From: Octopus vulgaris
Lineage: Eukaryota
Direction of reading: 5' to 3'
DNA: 64,000 bases
NCBI GenBank assembly: GCA_951406725.2
Contig: OX597814.1
Location: 173,600,001 to 173,664,000 of the forward strand
Shown here: piece by piece, positions 11,130-24,926 of the stretch
Layout: the number at the start of each line of letters is the position of its first letter
Position numbering within the stretch: position 1 is the stretch's first letter
The notes under the pieces: model-generated
The model's database searches: none
What the model was told of the DNA's origin: nothing
What the model saw: the letters and a program-made list of their open reading frames with translations, nothing else
Program-made: the position numbers and the translations under genes

Positions 11130-12662
11130 TGTGTATGTGTGTGTGTGTAGAGAGAGAGAGTGTGTGACATACATACCTATGAAGAAGCAATAACTTAGCG
11201 ATTCGGCAAAACAGACCGATGGAATAAGTACTGTGCTTTAAGAAAAGCAATTACTAGGGTCGATTAATTCGGCAAAAATTCAAGGCAATGCCCCCAGCAT
11301 GGCCGCAGCCTAAAGACTGAAACAAATAAAAGATGTGTGTGTGTGTGCATTTGTATGTATGTTTATGTAGGTGTTTGTGTGCGTCCGTACACCTGTACGT
11401 ATTTATGTTTTAGTATCCGTGTGTGAACGTGTGTTGTTTATGAATGTAGGTTTTATAAAGCAAGAAGGACAACATCAAGAGCCTCGTAATTGGGATTTCA
11501 TATAGTTTTAATACTCAACTGCCGTGTAGTTATTTTTACTATTTTTAACGAGACTAAGCGACTTCAAAATCTATTTGGTTTACTTAATAACGACCCGTCT
11601 AAAGCACACTAACACAAATTAAGCAATCCGCCGCGTTAGTAATTTAGTAGCTTATTACTGTATACAGCAGTCGATTAAAGAGTAATAGTGTGCTGTCGAT
11701 TATAGGGAAACATTGAGAACGCGTTCTCTGAGGAACGATCAACAAATCGTGAAACAGTCCTACAGGAAACTACTCTTTTTTCTGCACATCGAAAGCATCT
11801 GAGGAATGTGCTTACATATTTATATAGTACTTTATCGCAGCTAATGGTTTTGTAGATATTTAAATTTACTCTCACTACTTCTGATTCACACTATGCTGTG
11901 AATAAATTATTTATTATTCACACACACACACACACACACACACACGAATGCACACATATAATTTTTTTCTTAGTCGCCAAAGTTTAAGCAAGCATTTTAT
12001 GTGTTCTTTGTGTTTTCTCTGACTTAAATATATATTAACTTTAGCTTTATGGGTTTTGCCTCTTCTATACCGTATCATTCCCTAACAAAGTTATCTGGCG
12101 GTTGTTGGCACTACTTGGTTATTAGTACTCTACGAAGGTGTCGAAAATGCGAACGTCCCAAGTTAGAGAGCTGATGAGGGGTATTATTTATTCCTTCTTC
12201 TTCATACGTTCTCGTCTTTTGGGTCTAATTTTTTTTATTCATGATAGTGAGGCACACAGTCTGGTTTTCTTACATATCATACTATACTCTCTCGTTCACT
12301 ATCTCTCTCTCACTCTCTCTCTCTCTCCCTTTCTCTCTCCTTCTCTCTATTCTGTTGCTTCGCTTCTTCTCCCCCCTCTCTTTCTCTCTCTTTTTACTCT
12401 GACACTTTCCGTTCCTACCATACAACTCTTGCCTACTTCTGTTAAGGTGTTTATTTCTCCCCTTACTTTGCCCAGCAAACACACTAATTTCTCGTCTCTC
12501 CGCTATTTTTTTCATTGGCTCAAAATCTACCATTCGATTAGGTCTGACATGAGCCCTTAGACTTATAAGGTCAGAACTTTAACCCACTTTCCATGGTGTA
12601 TATGTAACTGAGATTACAACAATTCATGGACGAGACGCCAGTCAATCGCAGTCATTCGATTG

Positions 12663-12724
<62 letters not shown>

Positions 12725-12875
12725 TATATCTTTTTAATTTGTTTATGGTAACGTTTTGAATATGCAATTAAAGCTCCTATTCCATCATGCTGGCCACTGT
12801 CTAATGATGCTGGCTAGCGAACCTGGTTTTTCGGGGTTGCATCAAGTTATACCGACATAATGTAGGATAAATATA

Positions 12876-12957
<82 letters not shown>

Positions 12958-13205
12958 CCTTAGATGGAATTTATAAACGTTTAATGCATTGCTACGCACG
13001 TTTCCGCAAATCACATGACCTTTAAGATCCCAGTCCCTATTCCTGGGATCATTCCAGTGTAATCTTTTGTATCTTTGGGCATCCCGTTGATCATCATCAT
13101 TGATTCATTTCTTCAGGCGATATAACGTAAGTGGATTAACCACAGAGAGATGCTTTTCGCTTTTTACCAGTCTGAAGGTCAAGTGAGATATATAAGTATT
13201 CCTAT

Positions 13206-13591
13206 ACTCTCTTTACTCTTTTACTTGTTTCAGTCATTTAGTCGAGCAAATCGACCCCGGGACTTATTCTTTATAAGCCCAGTACTTATTCTATCGGTCT
13301 CTTTTTGCCGAACCGCTAAGTGACGGGGACGTAAACACACCAGCATCGGTTGTCAAGCAATGCTAGGGGGACAAACACAGACACACAAACATATACACAC
13401 ACATACACATATATATATATACATATATACGACAGGCTTCTTTCAGTTTCCGTCTACTAAATCCACTCACAAGCATTGGTCGGCCCGGGGCTATAGCAGA
13501 AGACACTTGCCCAAGATGACACGCAGTGGGACTGAACCCGGAAACATGTGGTTGGTAAGCAAGCTACTTACCACACAGCCACTCCTGCGCC
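13206..13591 (-). mobile_element. tRNA-derived CORE-like SINE (family B)
   Basis: Read on the - strand: A/B-box head, CORE-like CTTGGGCAAGTG, internal dinucleotide tract, (AAAGAGT)n-like tail. Confidence 0.88.
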
Positions 13592-13646
13592 GTGTATTTT
13601 GAGAGGAGGAGTGGAAGGTAATGAGAATAGAGGAAGGTATGGTAGT

Positions 13647-13801
13647 CAGGAGTGGCTGTGTGGTAAGTAGCTTGCTTACGAACCACATGGTTCTGGGTTC
13701 AGTCCACTGCGTAGCACCTTGGGCAAGCGTCTTCTACTGTAGCCTCGGGCCGACCAAAGCCATGTGAGTGGATTTGGTAGACAGAAACTGAAAGAAGCCT
13801 G

Positions 13802-13854
<53 letters not shown>

Positions 13855-14059
13855 TGTGTGTTTGTGTGTCTGTGTTTGTCCCCCCCCCAACATCCCTTGA
13901 CAACCGATGGTGGTGTGTTTACGTCCCCGTAACTTAGCGGCTCGGCAAAAGAGACCGACAGAATAAGTACTAGGCTTACAAAGAATAAGTCCTGGCGTCG
14001 ATTTGGTCGACTGAAGGTGGTGCTCCAGCATGGCCACTGTCAAATGACTGAAACAAGTA
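13647..14059 (+). mobile_element. tRNA-derived CORE-like SINE (family B)
   Basis: Same family as 13206-13591, opposite orientation. Confidence 0.88.
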
Positions 14060-14485
14060 TTAAAAAAAAAGAGTAAATCTGGGGATGGAGGTGTGTATGG
14101 TGACGTTGGATTTCTTTTGCGATTCATTCAGCAGATGTTAAGGATGGGTAGTACATTCGCTTGTTTGATTTCATTTAAGGCATGTCTATCTTCAATAAAT
14201 TCTGAACTCAACAGGTGGTCAAGAACTGTTGCCATACAGTGGGGTTTGTTGACTGAATTGATAAATGGTATTTTCTTATGGTGACCTCTTCATTGTTTCT
14301 GTTGGTATAATGTTTAGTATCACAAATATTGGTTGGTTCGTTTATTTGGAACTTTTTTTCTCCTCTCCCTCGCGTGAATTATTATGGGGTGTACATGGAT
14401 CTCATTGTGAAATTTGATAAAGACACGTTCAGAAATTGTGATGTCATTTTAAGAAAAGCAAACAGATATCAACGCTTACTGGTTG

Positions 14486-14486
<1 letters not shown>

Positions 14487-14516
<30 letters not shown>

Positions 14517-14965
14517 TGTATGTATGTATGTATGTATGTATGTATGTATGTATGTATGCATGCATGCATGTATGTATTATGTATGCATGCATGTAAATAT
14601 GTATGCATGTAAATATGTATGCAAGTATATATGTATGTATGCATGCATGTATGTTTGTAAGAATATATGTATGTATGCATGAATGTATGTATGTATGTAT
14701 ATATGTATGTATGCATGAATGTATGTATGTATATATGTATGTATGCATGAATGTGTGTATGTATGTATGTATGCATGAATGTATGTGTGTATGTATGTGT
14801 GTATTCATATATATGTATGTATGTATGTGTGTGTATGTACGCATGAATGTATGTATGTGTGTATGTGTGTATTCCTATGTATGTATGTATGTATGTATGT
14901 ATGTATGTGTATGAATGTAAGTGTGCGTGTATATATGTATGTATGTGTGTATGCATGTATGTATA
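14487..14965. repeat. (TATG)n/(TG)n compound microsatellite
   Basis: Directly visible. Confidence 0.95.
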
Positions 14966-14973
14966 CGCACATT

Positions 14974-15784
14974 CAGAGTGTTCGGGCTAAATTTGACGAT
15001 TTTTTTATATCTCCCTTTTTACAGGAACAACTTGATGTACTGGTGTACAATCACCGGCGTTGGAGAGTATAAGCAATAAGTTTATAGTAGATAAAAAGGT
15101 AGCTTAGATGGAGGACTAGAAGTCATCTGAATATTGGAGCAGAATATTGGAACAGAGTCATGATAATTCGTGCACGGTATCGAAATGCCGACATCGTAAC
15201 TGTTGTTCAATGCTCTGAAAACACTATAAAGGCTTTAAGACGCAACATGGACATCAGGAAAACCAAGTTTCCCCAAACTGTGATGGTCTTTGGATGTATC
15301 TCCAGTGAAATTGCTCGAGGTTGTGGTCAATCCTTGGCTGGAGACGATTTCCTGCTGGAAGGCAAGGATTCAGCTCTTTGCCATACCTCCGGAGAGAGTC
15401 AGAAATGGTTGTTGAAGAATTTCTACAAGTTTACCAGTTTCAAATTTCTGGCCTCTTAATTCCCCACCACCCACGATTGTAATCCCATGGATTACTATGT
15501 GTGGGACACAGTAGAGAAAGATACCAACCGCTTTTCCAGCAACACCAAGACCGAGCTGGTAGTCCAGATCAAGAAGGCAGCCGTAGACCTTCTCAGGGAC
15601 ACTGAGGAACGCATGCGCCAGATTCCAGAGATGTCTTGTGACAGTGGTGGAAGCTGAGGGCGGCTACCATGAGTAAACTGTTATTTCCAGCCATAATTCA
15701 ATCATTTTTTTTAATACTTTTGGATGGGATGTCGTGTTTCCTTTCCTTTTTATACAAACTGTCATATTTAGTCTGAAAACCTTG
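14974..15784 (+). mobile_element. Internally deleted maT (DD37D)-type Tc1/mariner transposon
   Basis: Imperfect TIRs. Remnant peptides KFPQTVMVFG, DSALCH, WPLNSP..DCNPMDYYVW and VVEAEGGYHE*. Second-to-third D spacing is 37 once a 3-codon insertion is discounted. Confidence 0.8.
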
Positions 15785-15879
15785 TACATATATTTTAACA
15801 CACACAGACACACACACACATACATACATACATACATACATACATACATACATACATACATTACACATATATACATGCA

Positions 15880-16142
15880 TGTCTCCCCTTCTCCCTAGCC
15901 CCCCTGTGTGATCCTTCTCTCCGGCATTCGCCATGATAGATCGCTAGCCACTACGCATTCATTATTTTCTCTCCTTGTTATATCTGTGTTCCTTTCTGGT
16001 GAAGTGCGTAGGCTCGAAACGTTAAAGACATTTTTTACTTCCCGAGCGTTAAACTAAAACATCTGTTTGTTGTCTACACCACCTGTCTTCGTCTTTTGTT
16101 TTTTTTGGGGGGGTTTTTTGGGTTTTTTTTGTGAATTCTCCC
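15880..16142 (+). mobile_element. Penelope-like pLTR fragment with degenerate minimal hammerhead (15992-16027)
   Basis: CUUU-CUGGUGA-A-GUGC GUAG GCUC-GAAA-CG-UU-AAAG with AACGUU palindromic stem III; T-rich tail. Confidence 0.55.
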
Positions 16143-16181
16143 TAGACAGACAGACAGACAGACAGATAGATAGATAGATAT

Positions 16182-16278
<97 letters not shown>

Positions 16279-16989
16279 CAAACATGTGGTTAAGAAGTTC
16301 CCTTTGCGAACACCTAGTTCAGAGCTCAGACTCATTGCGCGGTACCTTGTGTAAGTTTCTTCTTCTATAGCTCCGAGCCAACTAATGCCTTTTGACTGAA
16401 TTTGGTAGACGGAAACTGTGTGGAAGCCCGCCTCTGTGGTGTGTGTGCGCGCGCGTGTATGTTTGTATATATGAGCACGCGCTATATAAGATGTTTGTAG
16501 GATGGAGTATAGGCAAAGTAAATGATGGAGTGCAAGCACGTTTCTAAGTTTATTGATTCCAGAGGAATGTAAGGCAAAGTCGGTTGCATGAAATTGAACT
16601 CCAAATATATAGAGATGAAATTAAATGTAATGAGCGTATCCAGTTAAAAGCTATAAATTTTGCAAGCAGCAAAGTACTTTTAAATTTATTTTTTTTAAGT
16701 GGCTTTCTTTGACTAGTTACAAACTTCTCTTAGAAAGTGTGACGATGTTATAATTAATTAAAATGAATATCGAAATATAACTCGTATTGTAAAAAAAAAA
16801 AAAGAATGAAAACAATAAAAAAAAAAGATAAAGTAGTTAGCAAGAATACCAATTGCGAAACTAAAAGTTCTAGAATTTTAATGTGGCACTTCACGTTAAT
16901 TTTTTTTTTTTAGCACTTCGTCGTTCTTTCTACGATAATAATGATTAAATGACACAGTTTAAAGGAATAATTACATCAGGGTAAACATA

Positions 16990-17090
16990 AAATTCGACAC
17001 CGCCTCCATCACTCTACACTTTCTTCCTTGCAATAAATGGCGTCGTTTTATCACATTAGATATAATGCTACTATATAAACCTGGTAACGT
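16990..17090 (+). promoter_or_regulatory. Candidate promoter / non-coding first exon of the C2H2 gene
   Basis: CpG-retaining unique sequence just before the CpG-depleted domain; YY1-like AAATGGCG (17035-17042); donor-like CTG|GTAACG at 17084 followed by T-rich sequence. Confidence 0.35.
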
Positions 17091-18730
17091 ATTCCTTATT
17101 GCTTTGTTACTATTAGTTCCCCTTTAACATCGTTGTTTCCCCTTCATCTGTAATGTATATTTTCTTCCTTCCTTTTGCAGTCGTAGATTTTTTTTTCTTT
17201 CTGTCTAAATGCTTTTCCCCTTCTCTTTGTGGTTATTTATTTAGCTGCCGAATTATTTTTTATTATTGCAGCGTTGTTCTTGTTTTGATACATTTTTCTG
17301 TTCGTTTTAGTTCTTTAGATAATATATAATTAATACTTTAGATGTTATTTTAAAAATACATGCTTTTATAAAAAAATTATTTGTATGCATATGTTACTAC
17401 AATAATCTATTTAGGTAATAGAGTTCTGCAATTTATCATACTAAATCATTTCCTTCTGATGAAAGAAATAACACCCTTAACCAACCTTATCGTTATTAAA
17501 ATAAAGAAATAATAATTAGTCATTGTTATTTTTAATAAGAAATTATTATAAGTATAAATATAATCTAAAACCGTGCGCTGCGTCGAGTCTTGTGGTGCAA
17601 AAACATTCAAATACATGTATGAAATTATTGTAATGTTTAAACTAAAGAAAAATTGTGCCGGGTTATTGAGTTTGCTACATTTTGTCATCTCTTCTCTCGC
17701 ACTCCATCTCTTGTATTTAATCAAATTGGGTTATTTACATATATTTTTTAAATGCTTAAAAATGTATTTTAACTGTCATTGTGTGTGTCACCGCGATCGA
17801 GTTTCGAATAACCATAAAGAACCGTTCGATTACACATCGTTAATTTGAAAAATGCATATGCATCACAGCACTTCCGTGGACTAAAAATCTACGATGTACG
17901 TCCCTTCTTAACGTGGTTCTAGCTTTTTGGTAGTAAGACCCGGTTTCAAACTTGTGTTGATGAAACCACTTTACTCTCGTAATGCTTCTAGTTAATGCTA
18001 TTATCTCCCCTATATCACCTTGGAATTTAAGATCATTTCTCTATGTAAGACTATACTATTGATAACATTTAGTAACATCCTTCCCCCTCGACATTACTCG
18101 CTAAAATCCCTGTGGTGTACACTTCACTTTTCATCCTTCCACAGTTTATTCAATCGGTTTTATCCCCACCATTAGCAATTTGTGTCCCTATGCCGTTGTA
18201 AAAAATAATAATAATAAATATCATTGTGGTTGCATTTTAATATAGGTGCCACGATATGACCATATGGCTCCAATTTTTATGGGATGGTGATATAATCTGT
18301 TTTCTGGGCTTAGTACAACCATCTGACCCTTGGGTTCCTTTGACAAAATCTATTCGGTTGCAAGCATTCAGATCAGGTATCCTCTGTCTAAGGATAACTT
18401 GATGCCTGGATGATGCACTGCTTCCTATTGTACCTTCCCTTTATAATATCCCTGTTTGCTGTTGAAGTTGCTAAAAGTTGTTCTGTAGCAGGCAACTGGG
18501 GCCCTAAACTGATGAGCAATGCTTTGAAATGGCTGCTCTGTTTGCTAGCCAACCCATGCCAGCATGGAAAACGGACATTAAATGATGGTATCTGGTTGTC
18601 AGAGCCTGTTCTTGTGGTGTTATAGTTATCTTCAGGTCTTCCCTTCTAATCAAAGCTACTGACTTACCATTTTATTGTTGTCTTGTGGTAAATTGTCCCA
18701 GAAACTGGTTATTCGCAGGATTATCAGCAG

Positions 18731-18773
<43 letters not shown>

Positions 18774-18994
18774 TATTTATTCTTTTTTCTTTTACTGGTT
18801 TCAGGCACAGCTATTGCAATGTGGTTAAGAAGTTTGCTTCTAAACTTTGTGTTTTGGGGTTCAATCACAGGGCATGATACCTAAGACAAGGTAATGTTTT
18901 CACAGAAGAGTGGAAATGAAAGACACTGCTTGCATGACAGTGGCACTTGTTTACAACTATCACACAGTATCAAGGCAAGGAGACACTATCACAC

Positions 18995-19260
18995 ATATCA
19001 TCATCATTTAACATCCATTCTCCATGCTGGCATGGGTTGGACTGTTTGACCAGAGTTGGGAAGCTGCACCAGATTCCAGTCTGATTTGGCATGGTTTCTA
19101 TGGCTGAATGCCCTTCCTAATGCCAACCACTTTACAGAGTGTGCTGGTGCTTTGATGTGGCACCACACAGGTGCTTTTATGTGGCATCGCACAGGCCCTT
19201 TTACATGGTGCTGCATGGGCATTTTTACATGGTACCACCACAAGTACTTTACACCACTAG
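18995..19260 (-). mobile_element. SINE/LINE-tail repeat (family E) with (GAT)n tail and 24-bp internal repeats; related copies at ~22388-22535, 27030-27165, 32265-32460
   Basis: Shared TTGGCATTAGGAAGGGCAT...AACCCATGCCAGCATGGA...TTAAATGATGATG. Confidence 0.75.
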
Positions 19261-19654
19261 AGAGACCGGTCTTAACACTTCTGTTGTTGACTACAACAAG
19301 GCACCATATCATCCTCACATCATCATGTAATGACCACTTTCCATGCTGGCATTGGATGAATGGCTTGACAAGAACAGGCAAGTCAGAAGACTACACCAAG
19401 TTCTGCTGTTTATTTAGGCTTGGTTACTGTGGCTTCCTAATATCAACAAATTTACGGAGTGTACTAGGCGCTTTTTTTTTTATGTGACACCAGCAACAAG
19501 TCACCATATAACTTGCAGGACAAGACTTCTCAACTGGGGCAAGTAGTATTGAGGGACAGAAAAGTGTCTTACATTCACCCACCTACCCACACTCTCCAAT
19601 CTCTGCCTCTTCTCTGTCTCACACTCACACTTTTTTTTTTGCCTTTTTCGCCCT

Positions 19655-19952
19655 TTTCAAGCCTAGCCAGGCTCATGGGCCCGGTTTCCCAGTTTCTGTG
19701 GCGTATGTGTTCCCCCCAGCTGGACGGGACACCAGTCCATCGCAGCATTACTCAAGAAACAGGAAGAGAGAGTGAGAGAAAGTTGTGGCAAAAGAGCACA
19801 AAGGGGATTGCCCTCCCACTCCCTGCCGGAGCCTCGTGGAGCTTTTAGGTGTTTTAGCACAATAAACACACACAATGCCCAGTCTGGGAATCGAAACCAC
19901 GATCCCCCGACCACGAGTCCACTGCCCTAACCATTGGGCCATTGCGCATCCA
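19655..19952 (-). mobile_element. tRNA-derived SINE (head C + tail Y)
   Basis: Head matches 45495; tail matches 46095 and 36255. Confidence 0.8.
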
Positions 19953-20044
19953 CTTACATATATATAATGTAGATAGGGTTGAATCCAAACCTGTGTCCTC
20001 TTGAAGCACATCTGCTTATTCCAATATTCAAAATTTGTATCTAG

Positions 20045-20481
20045 ATGTGGGGTAAGAAGCTTGCTTCCCAACCACGTGGTTCCAGGTTCACTGCATGACA
20101 CCTTGGGCGATTATCTTCTGCTATAGCCTTGGGCTGACCAAAATCTTGTGAGTAGATTTGTTAGATGGAAGCTGAAAGAAGAACCATTGTGTGTGTATAT
20201 ATATATATATATATAATGTATGTGTGTGTGTTTGTGTGTATATATATATAAGTATATATCTGTGTGCATTTTTGTACTTGTGTTTGTCCCACTTCTTGAC
20301 AACCAGTGTTGGTGTGTTTATGTCACTGTAACCTAGCAGTTCAACAAAAGAGACCAATAGAATAAGTACCCGGTTTAAAAAAGAAGTATTGGGGTCAATT
20401 CATTCATTCAGCTAAAATTTCAGAGCAGTGCCCCAGCATGGCCACTGCCTAATGACTGAAACAAGTAATAGATAAAAGATA
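20045..20481 (+). mobile_element. Family B SINE, CpG-decayed
   Basis: Aligns with 13647-14059 with many CG>TG/CA changes. Confidence 0.8.
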
Positions 20482-20810
20482 GGTTATATTTGTGTGAGTT
20501 ATATGCATAAGAGTGGAAAATTCTAGAAAATATTTTTTTGCAAAGAATTATATCTCAAACACAAGAAATTGGAAAAATTTTTTGGTACTATTTATTCCCC
20601 GTTATACATGTTCCATTTGCTAATAGGTGTTCCAAAATTGAACATGTAGGAGAGACATATAAGAGATCTCCTATCAGAAATTTTCCTGACAGAAAATTCA
20701 AATAATACTATTATATACTACCATTTGATTCTCTGAAGAATTTCTTATGGGAGATATCTTCATCATCTTCATTATTTAGCATCTGCTTTCCATGCTGGCA
20801 TGGGTTAGAC

Positions 20811-21038
20811 CAGCATTTCTCAACCAGGGTTCCCCAGAACCCTAGAGTTCTGCAAAAGGTTCCTAGGTCTGTTCCGTGAGAAAGAGTGAGATAAGCTAAT
20901 GCTAACTTCATGATTGTAATATTACTCTACATGCACAACATATTATTGGTTATTGTAATATAGACATCATCCTATCAAACCTATTATGTTATCAAAAAAA
21001 TATAACAACCATTGGGGATATATCTGTAATTTATGGAC

Positions 21039-21074
<36 letters not shown>

Positions 21075-21580
21075 TGTGTGTGTGTGTGTGTAGAGTGAAG
21101 GCGCATGGCTCAGTGGTTAGAGCATCGAGCTTACGATCGTGAGGTTCTGAGTTTGATTCCTGGACCAGGCTGCGTGTTGTATTCTTGAGCAAGACACTTT
21201 ATTTCATGTTGCTCCAGTTAACTTAGCTGTAGAAATGAGTTCTGACATCACTGGTGCCAAGCTGTATCGGCCTTTGCCTTTCTCTTGGATAACATCAGTG
21301 GTGTGGAGATGGTAGGCTGGTATGCATGGGCGACTGCTGGCCTTCCATAAACAACCTTGCCCGGACTTGTGCCTCAGAAGGTAACTTTCTAGGTGCAATC
21401 CCATGGTCATTCATGACCGAAGTGGGTCTCCTCATATATATACATATGTATATATATGATATTTACTATATGAACTACGATGAGAAAGATATGGTATAAA
21501 TTTTTTTTTGTGCAGGGGTTCCTTGAGACATGTAATTTATTTTAAGGGTTACACAAGGTTAAAAAGGTTGAGAAACACTA
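20811..21580. mobile_element. hAT (Charlie-like) MITE with nested SINE at 21097-21430
   Basis: TIRs CAGCATTTCTCAACC / GGTTGAGAAACACTA; perfect 8-bp TSD GGTTAGAC (20803-20810, 21581-21588); splits a family E repeat. Confidence 0.85.
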
Positions 21581-23417
21581 GGTTAGACAGTTTGGCTGAA
21601 ACTGGTAAGCTGGAGTGCTGCACCAGGTTCCAGTCTGATTTGACATGGTTTCTACAGCTCAATGCCTTTTCTAATGCCAACCACTCCAAGAGTGTAATGG
21701 GTGCTTTTTACATGCCACCAGCACAGGTGCCATGATCAGTCACAACTATGATTTCACTTGACTTGATAAGTCTTCTCAAGCACAGCATATTCCCAACGGT
21801 CTGTCACTTGTCATCACCACCATGAGGCCCAACTTTCAAAGGGTGCTTTTTACATGCCACTGGCACAGGTGGCAGTTATGTGACACCAGCTTACAAGAAT
21901 TTCAAATAGGAGATATTTTACATATTTCTCCTATATGTGCAACTTTTTCAAATCTCCTGTTTTGATATGTATGACTGGTTACTGACTTCTTACACTTTCC
22001 ATCTATCATATCCACTCACAAGGCTTTGATCAGCCTGGTGGGCTACTGTAGAATACACTTGCTCTAGATGCTACACAGTAGGATTGAACCCAAAGCCATG
22101 CATTTGGAAAACTTTCCTCCTTAACCCATTTTTATGGACCATTTGAATTTTATTTCCTAAGCTGTCAAATTTAACTAACAAATGAAGATTTCTACAGGGT
22201 ACTTATTTCTATTATTTTATTTAGCAAATACAAATATATGTTTAGGTTCAGACTTATCAATATATTCATTGTTATCAACAGATGTTAAATGATGTTGAAT
22301 ATTCTTTTAACTCTGCCTTTCATTAATACTGAACAACTGTATTCTTATACTGTCTAAATATTTCTAAACGTTTTTATAGTAAACTCTTGGCATTAGGAAG
22401 GGCATCAAGGTGTAGAAACTCTGCCAGATCAGATTGGAGTCTGGTGCAGCCATCTGGTTCGCCAGACCTCAGTCAAATCATCCAACCCATGTTAGCATGG
22501 AAAGCAGACGTTAAACGATGATGATGATGATAATGATGGAAGTCTCAAGCAACCAGCACCCAGAAAAAAGTAATAGAAAGTGTGTTGTTAATTAGAGACA
22601 AGAGAATTTGTGCTAATTTTTGTTAATTATTTAATTGCTGTTAAATGAAACTTTTTGCTGTATCTGAAATGGATTGTTGCTTCACAGTAGTATTTTATTT
22701 TACTGCTATTTACAGTACCCGATTTTAATTGAGTTGATAAAACTTGTTCTTTATTTGAATTATACTTTTATTTCTTCTTATATCTCTCATTTGAACCTAT
22801 ATTCAGAATATTAATGATAATACTGATGTATATATAGAGTTTTAATGAGTTAATTTAAAAAGTGAGGAATCTTCAGTTATTTGGCAACTCTCTGGTCTTA
22901 GTGGTGCCAAATATGTAGGAGTTTACTGTATATATTTCTTAATTCCTTAACGAGACATTCTCATGGAATCCTCCTATGCTTCTGCTTTTACCATACAGCA
23001 ATGATTACATATTGCTCTTGACCAAACATCATGGCTAAACTATCTTGAAAATTAGTTCAAGTTCATTTTCAGATCCACCCTATTATAAGTTTGCTATATA
23101 AACAAAAGAGAGTTGGATTTCTTTAATATCGCCATTATTCTTATATCTTAATATTATTGATTGCAGGAATTTTTGGATGTATTATCACCTTACAATGGGC
23201 ATAAGTTATCTTGGAATACTTAACCTTATCTGTGCATTCTGTACCAATAATAGAATTACAATAACTTCAAATTTCCAGATGCAGCCTACATTCTACATAC
23301 TTCCAAATAGAAAAAATATGGCATTTTATTGAATGCTTTCCAACAGTTTATTCCAGTAGTGTGGGTGAAGATTGTTATTTTTTTTTATTTCTGTTGTTGT
23401 TGTGATGATTGTTATGC

Positions 23418-23453
<36 letters not shown>

Positions 23454-24848
23454 CAGCAGCAGCAGCAGCAGCTCAAAATCCTCATTTCTAACAGGACTTT
23501 AGTTCTGCATATCATTTGTGTTTAAAATCTTGAATAAGAAATAAAGCTTCTTGATATGATGTGCTGTTCCAGTGATTGTTTACTGACCCCTAACTTGAAA
23601 GGCTAAATTAACACTTGGCAGTATTTGAACTCAAGAGGTAGAGAACATGATTAAGTACACTTTGTGACACTCTGTAAACTTTAGTAGCAGCAAGGCACTT
23701 GTACACAAACACATTCATAATGCTCAAGTGAAACCCACGATGGAATACCAACCCTACATCTGAGGCAATGCTGCTATTTATTACACATACTGATGTCCTC
23801 ACCTAACTAGTTCATACAAAGTTACTCATCAATTCACTCTAACTGCTGGCTCACAGATATGCTATCTTTTCGCTCAACCTTTTCTTCTGCTACTGAAGTA
23901 GCCACCTTTGCTTCTAGAAAATATATGGTCTTATGTTACTTTTGCCTAGTCACTTTCTGAATCATTCATCTTGCTCCCTCTTTGCACCCATATTGTATGT
24001 CACCACCAGGTCCCCACTATCGGCTTCAATCAGTCCTTCCTCTCTAGATTTACAGGTGCACAGAAATTCCAATAGGATTTTCATTTCAGTTTAAAGCTTA
24101 ATCAAAAGCAGTGACTGTGTGATACAATGGATAAGGCATCTTGTTCATTGATCATCTCACCTCCACAGTCATTGCTCATCTTTTGGTTGGTCTCCCATTT
24201 TTAGTATTTCTGATGGTGGCATGGAACCATAAGTTGATCTATCTAGGAGTTGAACCATGGAACTATCTGCTTTAAACTTGTTACTGGTAAATATCAGTCT
24301 TAGTGATTTTAGTGCTTTCATCCATGTGTCAATTTAGCTAATTGAACTCACTTGGCTAAACATATTGCAATATTTCATTCCTCTAAGTTCTAAGTTGAAA
24401 TATCTCCCGGTGTCTAAATGTACAAATATTTTGGGTCATTCATTTGACTAAGTACTCTTTCCAAGCAAAATCTACCTTATGTCTCTTCAAAAGAAATCGA
24501 TATTAGATTCCAGAGCAAACAGATGAAGCCTAATCTATATTAAAGAGGTGGAAGTCACTGTATGAAACCCTTAAAAAACGTGATAAGTTTAGTCTTGTTA
24601 TGTCATTCAAAATAGTCAGTTAGCTTTTTTCTCCTCATCATATCATAATGTTTTGGTTGTTGTTGTTGTTGTTTAATTGAATGTCAGCCCCGATAAAGCA
24701 GATTTGACACCAAATATGTTCTGGCACTGACAATCTCATCTTTCTGTAACTCTAGGATTGCATTATCTAATATGCCCTTCCATTTTTAAGATAACAGGGT
24801 GTGATTTCAGGAAGGTTTGGTTCTATTTCTAGTAGACACTAAATGACT

Positions 24849-24926
<78 letters not shown>

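Noticed and set aside
14329-15072. Many overlapping MYVC/HTYI ORFs (also IYIY, LSIY and VCVC ORFs elsewhere)
   Set aside because: Translations of microsatellites.
23167-23365. Possible internal exon after a TTGCAG acceptor
   Set aside because: Contains stops and the donor is weak; could be a UTR exon but cannot be supported.
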